The position numbers and the translations under genes are program-made. A stretch of 64,000 nt of DNA from NCBI GenBank assembly GCA_043228905.1, contig JBHGNT010000009.1, positions 14,384,001-14,448,000 of the forward strand, read 5' to 3'. Shown piece by piece: positions 51,134 through 60,064 of the stretch. Positions within the stretch are counted from its first letter, which is position 1. The number at the start of each line of letters is the position of its first letter. Source of the DNA: Azolla caroliniana. Taxonomy: Eukaryota; Plantae; Polypodiophyta. The notes under the pieces were generated by a model. That model was not told the DNA's origin. It saw only the letters and a list, made by a program, of their open reading frames with translations, and did no database searches.

Positions 51134-51751
51134 GAACTCGATACGGCGTATCGAGTTCGTGTTTAAAACCTACACTTTAAACAGGAACTCGATACGACGT
51201 ATCGAGTTCCTGTTTAAAATTCAAACTTTAAACACGAACTCGATACGGCGTATCGAGTTCGTGTTTAAAGTTTGGATTTTAAACAGGAACTCGATACGCC
51301 GTATCGAGTTCGTGTTTAAAGTGTAGGTTTTAAACAGGAACTCGATACGCCGTATCGAGTTCGTGTTTAAAACGTAGGTTTTAAACACGAACTCGATACG
51401 GCGTATCGAGTTCCTGTTTAAAGTGTAGGTTTTAAACACGAACTCGATACGGCGTATCGAGTTCCTGTTTAAAATCCAAACTTTAAACACGAACTCGATA
51501 CGCCGTTTGGATTTTAAACAGGAACTCGATACGCCGTATCGAGTTCCTGTTTAAAGTGTAGGTTTTAAACAGGAACTCGATACGCCGTATCGAGTTCGTG
51601 TTTAAAGTGTAGGTTTTAAACACGAACTCGATACGCCGTATCGAGTTCCTGTATAAAAAGCAAAATTAAATTATGAACTCGATACGCCGTATCGAGTTCA
51701 TGTATAAATATTTGTATTGTATACATGAACTCGATACGGCGTATCGAGTTC
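51134..51751. repeat. Array of 13 (12 complete) 25-bp palindromes GAACTCGATACG-N-CGTATCGAGTTC, period 51 bp, in intron 1 of the cargo gene
   Basis: Units start at 51134, 51185, 51236, 51287, 51338, 51389, 51440, 51491 (partial), 51522, 51573, 51624, 51675 and 51727. Confidence 0.97.
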
Positions 51752-51979
51752 TTGAGAAACGAAACATATTTACAAAAATGTCCACAGTGTCAGAGGCCTA
51801 CCTGGAGTCCTCGCACTCGATTCTCTTTGAAGACATGGTTGATCGTGTGGAAGTGGAGGCGGAGATCACGCTTTCGTGCTTTGTGCTCTGTGTGCTTTGT
51901 GTGCTTTGTGTGCTCTCTACGTTCTATGTGCTCTGTACGCTCTGTACGCTCTGGTGAGTGAAATATGACGAGGTCTTCC

Positions 51980-52390
51980 TATTTATAGGGATTGAACACA
52001 TTGGTTAAAGTAACCATAGTCACCTTAACCAAGGTTGGTAACTTTGAGGATAGTTAGTTGGTAACCATAGTCACATTAACTAGAGAAACTTATGATTGTA
52101 TTAATGATTACAAAGTCAAACTACCATATTGATCAATCTTTTATAGTCATAACAACCTACAATGACTTCAAAGGTTATGAATGAGACAATGATAGAGGTT
52201 CATGAATGTACCAATGATTGATTACTAAAAGCAACAATTTTTATGACTCTCAAATGTTGTGTATTAAAGATGTGGGCATAAATTAACCAATGATTGATAA
52301 GTCTAATATTTAAAATGGTGAGCATTAAAGAACCAATGAGTGAGACGTTCTATATCAAAATGGGTGCCATTAATTAGCCAATGATTTTAA
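51980..52390. promoter_or_regulatory. Putative bidirectional promoter: minus-strand TATAAATA (51980-51987) and four CCAATGA motifs
   Basis: TATA lies ~145 bp upstream of the cargo ATG (51836). CCAATGA occurs near 52211, 52287, 52333 and 52378, between the divergent genes. Confidence 0.45.
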
Positions 52391-52688
52391 CATTAATCCA
52401 ACATATTCATGGCTTGTTAATGATTAGTTTTACATTTTACTTGATTTAACTTTATATAGATCTAGTTTATATAATAATTGATATTTTAAGTACAATTACT
52501 TTATTAAAAATAATTTTTTGATGTATTGTATTAATAGAATATTACATAATATAGACATTCTATTGATTTGGCTTTTGTTTAGAGAGAAGTTTATGTTTAG
52601 AGAGGAGTATATGTTTAGAGAGGAGCTTATTAGTTTTTTTCCTTACCCTAAGCCCATAACTTAGAGAGCCCTATCTAGACCTTAAGCC

Positions 52689-55469
52689 ATGAGTGAAGAT
52701 TCACCGTTCTCGACTGAAGAATATTGTTTGTCATCAGACCCATCGTTTTCTACTGAAGAGTATTGTTTGTCAACAGAGTCACCATATTCGATTGAAGAAT
52801 ATTGTCTGTCGACCGACTCACCATATTCTATCGAAGAATATTGTCTGAGCTCATCTACAGGGAATGTAAATAATGACACATGTGAAGAGTTCTCTATTGA
52901 AGAATACGATATTAATAAAGATACCGAGAATGAAGGAAGTGCCCAGGAAACATTGAATAACATTGGCGATGGTCATAGCAAAGAATTAGACTGTAACAAG
53001 GTTACACCAACCTCTATGCAGGAAGAGAAATCTGGGAGCCCTATGCATATTAGAAGAATCCCACGAAGAATTCGTCTCGCTAGATTTAGCTTGGTGACAT
53101 CAGATAAACAGATTGGATTTGATGTCAACAAAATATGTTGTGCCCGTGGTTGTATGTCTATGATTGGAAAATCAAAGTTGCGAGAATTAAGGCGATACTA
53201 TTTTTCGATGACCGGTGATGAGCAAGACACTTACCTCGGGTCACATATGCAACTAGTATCTGACAAATGTACGGGGATCAAAGTATCATTCGAGTATTAT
53301 ATCTTCCATGCGCAACAGATATGTAGAGTTGCATTCAAAATTGCGTTATGTGTTAGTAACATGCGGCTACATAGAGTACAACAACGTCTACTTAGCGGGG
53401 ATCAGATGCTCAATTGTAAAGAGGTTCCAAGTATGAAAGGTGCAATTGGAAGACTAGCTATTGGCTGGATGAAAACTTACTTTCAGTTAAATTGTGAAGT
53501 AATGCCCACTACAGGTAGGATGCATCTTTCTGATAATTATACACGTCGGGAAGTTTATGATGTCTATCGATCTGATATGCTGGGCTCACGTAATAAGTCT
53601 ATCACATATAGCCAATTCACAAGATTATGGAGAGCTCGGTTTTCAAATGTTATTATTCCTCGTAAAGTACGTATGGGGTATTGCTCCATTTGTGCAAATC
53701 TTAAAAGTTTGGCTAAAGGTGCAAAGACATCAATGGAAAAGGATACGAGTAAGAAGTTACTACAAGAGCATTGTGAGGCACAATCCTTAGAACGAAGGAA
53801 GGCGATGCATCATAGAGAGAAGTGTTTGAAGAGGCCCGAACAATACATGTGCTTAATGATAGATGGCATGGACCAGAAGAAGACATGCTTGCCGCATATG
53901 CGGAGGCTCCCCAAAGATGTCAATGATGAGTGCCTTGTTCAAATGCACTTGGTGGGATGCTTGGCTTATAATAGGTCTGTTCGACCTCACGTCTTCATTA
54001 CTTACCCCAATGTTCACAATGACCCTAACCTAACAGTTACAGTGATTCACCGAGTTTTGATGTCTTGGGGACAACCTTTCCCCCCTGTTCTATACATTCA
54101 ATTGGACAATACTGCTAGAGAGAACAAAAATTCAACTGTATTTGGCTATCTAAGTATGTTGGTCAACCTAGAATTGTTTAGGAAAGTGAAAGTCAATTTC
54201 CTTTTGGTTGGCCACACACATGACCATATAGATCAGATGTTTAGCACATTCTCCAGACAGTTGTCTCGGCATGATGCTTTCACTTTACCTAAACTATTTG
54301 ATGTCATTTGTGATGCTTATACACCACGCCCAAAAGTGTTACACTTGAAGGAGGTATATGACTTTAAGAGATATATATTAGATGGGGGTGGTGGGAATGT
54401 TAAAGTGCTTGCTCAGTTAAACAATATAAGTTTCAATCACATTTTTTTGATAAAGAAAAATGGAATAAGTGGTTCTACACTTTTGTATGCTAAACAATAT
54501 TCATCTTCTACAACATGGGAACGTGAAGGTGGTTGCCAGTTATTACTTTGTATGCCGAGTACAATTGTCCATGGAGCTAAGCAAATGCCAATTGAGAAGA
54601 AAGGACAGTTGCAGAGCGACTTGGTATCAGAACAAAAACGGTCATGGCTCCAAGCCTTAGAAGAAAAAAGAAAGCATATTGAGGCCGCCAAGAAATATGC
54701 CGCACAACAAGACACGTCATGGTGGGATGTATTTTATAGTGATCAGAAAGAAATTATAGACAATTGTGTATCTGTTGATAATTGGAATTTGGAAACGCCA
54801 TTCACATGGTCGCTGCAACATGATCGCGTAAATAGAAGTCCGGAGCAACTAGTAAATGCGATTAATGACAGCTTGGTCCATCCACAACAAAGAGACATTT
54901 ATGTGGGACCAAGGATGACCAAAGCAGCCGAAGCTAGATGGCAAGGAAATTTGCAAGAGCTCACCGCGGGGATGTTGATTGCAACGCCGGCTGATGAGAA
55001 CTCACATGGCCACCAATTTTGGGTTGGTAAAATTCTAGAAGTGCTAATGCATGAAATAGAAAACACGATCAAGTCTATAAATGTTCATTGGTACAACACT
55101 AGAAGTGCAAATGCTTTTACAGGTAAGTATACATTGGAGATGATTGAATGCCAAACAAGAAGGGGAGGTAGGAAGACGAAGCGAAACATTCGTAACACCT
55201 TGACCCTTGATATCTCTGATGTGGATATCATCGTGTACGACTTCACACTTACAAAAGCCGGACGATTAAGGAAGTCAACAATAGATATAATAAAAAAAAA
55301 ATTACCAAGTCTACAAGGTGGCTCGAGTCAAAGGCAAACGAGATCTGCTACATATAATCTAGAGTCAAACCATTTGGTTTATGACGAAGATAATGCACTG
55401 ATTGGTACATCCGAGGATGATGAGGAGGAATCGTCATTGTATATTAGTTATAGTAGTGATTCTCCGTAA
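52689..55469 (+). CDS. Sola-like DDD transposase, intact, 926 aa
   Basis: CSIC...H zinc-type motif, then MIDGMDQ, QLDNTARENKN and GHTHDHIDQMFS (three candidate catalytic Asp). Lies inside TIRs. Confidence 0.85.
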   Translation: MSEDSPFSTEEYCLSSDPSFSTEEYCLSTESPYSIEEYCLSTDSPYSIEEYCLSSSTGNVNNDTCEEFSIEEYDINKDTENEGSAQETLNNIGDGHSKELDCNKVTPTSMQEEKSGSPMHIRRIPRRIRLARFSLVTSDKQIGFDVNKICCARGCMSMIGKSKLRELRRYYFSMTGDEQDTYLGSHMQLVSDKCTGIKVSFEYYIFHAQQICRVAFKIALCVSNMRLHRVQQRLLSGDQMLNCKEVPSMKGAIGRLAIGWMKTYFQLNCEVMPTTGRMHLSDNYTRREVYDVYRSDMLGSRNKSITYSQFTRLWRARFSNVIIPRKVRMGYCSICANLKSLAKGAKTSMEKDTSKKLLQEHCEAQSLERRKAMHHREKCLKRPEQYMCLMIDGMDQKKTCLPHMRRLPKDVNDECLVQMHLVGCLAYNRSVRPHVFITYPNVHNDPNLTVTVIHRVLMSWGQPFPPVLYIQLDNTARENKNSTVFGYLSMLVNLELFRKVKVNFLLVGHTHDHIDQMFSTFSRQLSRHDAFTLPKLFDVICDAYTPRPKVLHLKEVYDFKRYILDGGGGNVKVLAQLNNISFNHIFLIKKNGISGSTLLYAKQYSSSTTWEREGGCQLLLCMPSTIVHGAKQMPIEKKGQLQSDLVSEQKRSWLQALEEKRKHIEAAKKYAAQQDTSWWDVFYSDQKEIIDNCVSVDNWNLETPFTWSLQHDRVNRSPEQLVNAINDSLVHPQQRDIYVGPRMTKAAEARWQGNLQELTAGMLIATPADENSHGHQFWVGKILEVLMHEIENTIKSINVHWYNTRSANAFTGKYTLEMIECQTRRGGRKTKRNIRNTLTLDISDVDIIVYDFTLTKAGRLRKSTIDIIKKKLPSLQGGSSQRQTRSATYNLESNHLVYDEDNALIGTSEDDEEESSLYISYSSDSP

Positions 55470-55791
55470 AGGAGTGATCATGAATGTATATTTGGCTATT
55501 AAGTGTAACTACATTCCGCTTGTAACAAATCGAGTAATATAAAATCATGTGTTTTGAATTCTTATGATTTCTAAAAAATCGTTTCTTATAAAATAACATT
55601 GGTTGTAAAGTTTGTGATATAAATTGAGAATGTATCTTTTTGAAATTCGTCTTTTTTTAGTTACTTCTAAATCACGAAAATAGTGGATTTTTAACCTTTT
55701 TCATAGTATGTTTGAACATGTATGATACTGGTATCAATGTGTTTTGTAAAATCATTGAAAAACCCCTAAATTTTCCCTTATCCTTCCATTT

Positions 55792-55827
55792 ATGCGCGAT
55801 CCTTCCACTTGTGAACGCAAACGTGTT
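55792..55827 (-). repeat. Right terminal inverted repeat
   Basis: ATGCGCGATCCTTCCACTTGTGAACGCAAACGTGTT followed by TSD ATGA. Confidence 0.92.
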
Positions 55828-57024
55828 ATGAGCAAAGAAACACAGGGACACGGCCCGTCAACGCAAAAAACACGAATGGACACAGAGACAGAGAGACACG
55901 AATGTTTGTATATTAACAGATGACACCAAAAACAACAGAGCATGCGAGCGGTTACAACCGAACAGGCTGGCGAACAGATGTCGATGCCTGTTCGTCTGCG
56001 CACGAAAGGGAATAGGATGGAGGTGTTGCCGGAAGCACACGGGCGTTCCTCGAAGCAGCGCGAGCCTCCTGAAAACCTGCAGAGAAGAGCAATAGAGAAC
56101 AAACAGAGGAGAAGCGTTCGGTTACGGTCCGACAACACTTCGTCCTCCTCAATGCGCTATCCCTTCTCCCCGTGTCTCCCTCTCCTTTATAGCTTCAGGA
56201 AGGGAGCCGTCTCCCTCATTTACTTCCTACCTACCGAATCTAACTACCCCCGGATATGCCTATGTACCTAATTCCCTATTATATACATTAAAGGGCGCGC
56301 ACGCGTGAAGAGCCGGTTCACGTGCACTAGACACCGATTGCGCTAAGGGGCAGTTTTCTTCACGACATCCGCCCCCACCTAACCGCGCATCCACCGATAT
56401 GCGCCAAAATTGGGTTCTGGTTGGAGAAAACCGGTCCGAGTTCCGGTTCTTCGTCCATCGGTTCGTCCTCCGTCTCGGACTGTTCGTCGTCGTTGTCCAG
56501 ACCTCTTAGATCCGGTTCGCCGTCGTGGCGTTTCTTGAACGCTTTGATCCGCTTCCCTGCCACCGGTATCGCCATCCTCGTACCGTCGAGTTCCGCCAGG
56601 TGATACATCCCATTGTCGTTGGCGCTCGTTACCACATAAGGCCCGAACCACCGCTTTGCAAACTTCCGTGTTGCCCAGTGCTGGTTGTCGAGGCTATTGT
56701 CGTAGACTAGCACCCAGTCGCCTTCCTCGATTTTCTTTGGTCGGAGCCGTTGCGTTCGGTCGAACCGGGCTTTGTTCCTCATCCTCGCCATCCGAAGTCT
56801 CTCCGCCGCTCATTCCACGTCCTCTGGCCTCCGCTCGAGCTGCCGTATACGCACCGCTAGCAGTTCTTCTCGGCTCATCTCGTCTCTCCAGTCCACTGTC
56901 GCCCAAGAGGAGATCGTCCGTTCCATCGGCATGATCAGCTTCTGTCCGAACATGAGCTCTGACGGCATGAACCCGGTTACCGAACTGTGTGTTGTCCTGT
57001 CCGCCCACAAGGCATAAGGTAACA

Positions 57025-57864
57025 TGACGCGAACTTGTCGTTCCTTATACGCAAGACTCGGCCACAACCGAGATTCTTTTCATACACAGAAAATGGGAAA
57101 TAAAACACGACACAAAGAAGAGAAATGGTACACAGGAGGTTATCGTGGAAAACCCCAAACTAGGGGAAAAAACCACGGCAGCCCACAGGCTACAAACTGT
57201 CACTATGTATGAATGTACAAAACAGTGAGTACACGGAGGCAACGACCTCGAGCTCACGATCTTCGCCACAAGCGGCGGTTACAACAGAGGCAACGACCTC
57301 GTTCTCTCTCTCTCTCTTTACAGTTACGCGCTCTCTCTTCTTCTTGCACCAACAAGGAAGAACGACCACACCTTAAAAGTTTGCCCTAAGTCATATTTAT
57401 ACTAATATGACTTTTCGGCTATTTACAAATGTAGCCACAATGGGCTCTCAGAAACATATTTACGAATATGTCTCTTCCTCCGGTTCATACCAGTTCCACA
57501 CCATCCGGCTCTCCGTAGCCGGGTACTCCATATCCGGTCTTCACCGGGCCTGTATCATCCGGCTCTCCGTAGTCGGGTACTCCTCATCCGGTCTTCACCG
57601 GGCCTGCACCATCCAGCTCTCCGTAGCCGGGTACTCCTCATCCGGTCTTCACCGGGCCTGCACCATCCGGCTCTCCGTAGTCGGGTACTCCTCATCCGGT
57701 TCGCACCGGGCCTGCACCATCCGGCTCTCCGTAGCCGGGTACTCCTCATCCGGTCTTCACCGGGTTTGTATCATCCGGCTCTCCGTAGCCGGGTTCTCCT
57801 TATACCGCTTGTTCGTCGGCACTGCTTTTCTCCCTTCCCATCCGGAGGGACCTATCTCCCAACA
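57025..57864 (-). mobile_element. Solo LTR (same family as 47127-47764, inverted) with internal 54-bp tandem repeat (~57500-57795)
   Basis: TG..CA termini; 5-bp TSD TAACA; shared segments with the 47127 LTR; ~5.5 copies of ccatccggctctccgtagccgggtactcctcatccggtcttcaccgggcctgca. Confidence 0.88.
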
Positions 57865-57915
57865 TAACAGTCGTGGCCAGTTCCCGACCTGGCCTCCGCA
57901 TGCCCGGACTAACGC

Positions 57916-58720
57916 TGTCGTAGTGTAGGGTGCACACTATGTGGAAATTATATTTTTGTCCCTCTAGATAGAGAATGGAGTGCTCGGTGAGAACCGGAAG
58001 AAAACGGCATACCGGCAAGGAGGAAAACGGCATACCGGCAAGGAAGAAAACGGCATACCGGCAAGGAAGAGCCGGATAAAGAGACATAAATGTAAGAAAA
58101 AAGGAAATACTCACTACTGCGTAGGGCATGATTCGAACTCTGCACCTCCACGTTGACAAACCCCAACCTTACCATTACATTAACTTATCTTAAGTGTTTT
58201 AAATATAGATTTAATACGTATAAGACCTTTATTTATGCATACCTTTATTAAAAGGTAAATCGTGTATTTTTTTAATATATGAAAAAGACGAGACACTAAA
58301 AATAACTCATGCACATCTAGCGTGCATGAGCCCTATACTTAGGAAATAAAAACGCATCACATGCACATTTAGTGGACATGAACACTTTTTGTAAAAAAAA
58401 AAAAAAGCATGAAGACATGCTTAGCTCTTCCTTCCTTATATAAGGAGGAGAGAAATATGTAAAGGGTTGTTGATTATTTGGATTAAGTATTAATCAATAC
58501 AAAAATTATTCGTGGGATTCACGATTTATACATCTACTTCTCTCTTAACACCCTAAGTACCAATTAATATAGTATACTCGTGTGATTCACGAGTTTCTTA
58601 TCTTTCTCTTCGCTATTTATTCATAATTAATCTCTATCTCACGAACTTCTTTCTCCTAGTCCAAGACCTCTGTGGTTCCCACCCGACTCACGCAACGATC
58701 CGGAGCCGAAAGGCACGACA
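57916..58720 (+). mobile_element. Solo LTR with 4-bp TSD ACGC, inside the Gypsy integrase
   Basis: TGTCGT...ACGACA termini; ACGC at 57912-57915 and 58721-58724; integrase sequence continues across it. Orientation uncertain. Confidence 0.85.
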
Positions 58721-60064
58721 ACGCTTTGACGATTGGTCCGTGTCCGCACTCCACCTTCCCGTTCGCCTCCGGATTGTACGCTGTGGTGAGTGAGAGCTTG
58801 ACCCCTAACCAGTCGAACAGCTCCTCGGCCTCTTCGGCATCCAACTCCCCGCGGTCAGCCACGATCTTCCCGACGCACCCGTACCAGCATATCACGTCCT
58901 CGATCAGGAACCGACACACGGCCGCAGTCGTTTTGTTCTGCAGGGCTCGGCCTTCCACCTGGTTCGTCAGGTCCTCCCGGGCCAGCACCAGATATCGCAT
59001 CTGCCCTACGCCCGTCGGCATCGTCACGAAATCTACCATCCATTTGAAGTGGATGGTCGGAGGGTATGTAGGGTGAAGCTCGTCCCGATGTCGGACTATG
59101 TAGTGTATCTGGCAGCTCTCACAAGTCGTCACGAACCGATGCACGTCCCGGTACAGTCCCGGCCACCAGTACTTCCCCTTTAGTTTCTCGAACGTAGCCC
59201 ACGTTCCACGGTGTCCAGCCCAGGGGCTGTTGTGGTAGGCCTTCAGTAACTCCTCCTATTCCTCCTTCATCACCACTACTCGGAGCGGGATGCCGTTTCT
59301 CTTGTTCAGGTGCTTCCACAAGTATCCCTCCCGGAGAAAGAATCGGTACGCTTTCTTCCGGATCCGGTTGGCCTCGTCCTTTGTCCACGACGCGTCCGGC
59401 GTCATCGTCCTTAAGAATCCGCCAATCTGCAGCCACTCCCCATCGTACTTGCTCTCGTTAAAATCGTTAAGCGCCGGAGTGCTCCCCCCCTCGGTTGTTA
59501 CGTAAGCCGCCTCGAAGAAGTCCACGCCGACTTCCTCGTCCTCCGAAACCATGCCGCGCTCGTCGTCGAATCGCGCCCTCGAAAGCATGTCGGCCATGGC
59601 ATTGTCTTTCCCGGAAATGTGTCGTATTTCCGGATCCAGGGACTTGATGTACACTATCCACCTGAGCATTGCCAGGTCCGGGGTTGCGCATCCGGAAACC
59701 ATGCCGAGAATCGGCAGGCAGTCCGTCTCGATAATCACCTCTGTCCCGATCAGATAGTCTTTATCGGCCTTTACCGCCGAAACGATACCCCAGAGTTCGT
59801 GTTTAACCTGGGCGTATCCTCGTTGTCGCTCACTGAGAACCTTCGCGCCGAACCGAATTGGGAACCGAATGCCGTCCTTATCTTCTTGGTTGACGACCCA
59901 TCCGATCCCGGTCGGACTTGTATCTACCGTTATGTAGATGGGAGTGCCTTTCTCGTAGACAGCCTTCCGGAGTGCCGGAGCTGCAGCAAGAGCCTCCTTC
60001 ATCTTCCGGACCGACTCCGTATGCTCGTCTCGCCACTCGAATTTTCGCCCCTTTTTAAGCAACC

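Larger units (their letters stand above)
46824..51836 (-). pseudogene. ParB/Srx-like domain + beta-class N6/N4 DNA methyltransferase fusion, six exons, ~975 aa reconstructed; last exon disrupted
   Basis: GT-AG exons 51836-51802, 50691-49054, 48977-48839, 48755-48289, 48200-47908 and 47818-46824, all phase-consistent. Motifs YFVIGGSHSTEARRQL, IADIPYG, WIKTN, NPYQKPQRLMMRLI, WILDLFSGTGTT and ALEKD. Exon 6 has stops (47808-47810, 47058-47060), a 1-bp frameshift and a solo LTR. Confidence 0.85.
45773..55827 (+). mobile_element. Sola-like cut-and-paste DNA transposon (copy B), 10,055 bp, with ParB-methyltransferase cargo
   Basis: 36-bp TIRs 45773-45808 and 55792-55827 (34/36 match). ATGA direct repeat at 45769-45772 and 55828-55831. 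Intact DDD-type transposase. Superfamily assignment rests on motifs plus the 4-bp TSD. Confidence 0.9.
45658..60064 (-). mobile_element. Gypsy element whose 3' LTR (45658-56367) is split by the DNA transposon; INT/RH to ~60064
   Basis: LTR begins TGTCG at 45658, resumes after the TSD at 55832 and ends CGACA at 56367. PPT complement follows. INT and RH ORFs 56360-60060. Confidence 0.85.

Noticed and set aside
51221-51490. 89-aa repetitive ORF (NSIRRIEF repeats)
   Set aside because: By-product of the 51-bp (17-codon) repeat; it lies inside the predicted intron.
51134-51751. CRISPR array interpretation of the regularly spaced palindromes
   Set aside because: The linkers are near-identical or inverted copies rather than unique spacers, there are no cas genes, and the context is a eukaryotic intron.
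45773-55827. Bacterial or phage contamination as the source of the ParB-MTase
   Set aside because: The gene has phase-consistent spliceosomal introns, carries an LTR insertion with a TSD, and sits in a TIR element inserted in a plant-type LTR.
57500-57795. 54-bp tandem repeat as a functional array or repeat protein
   Set aside because: Ordinary expansion within a solo LTR; a shorter related repeat is in the 47127 LTR, and the ORFs there are repeat artefacts.
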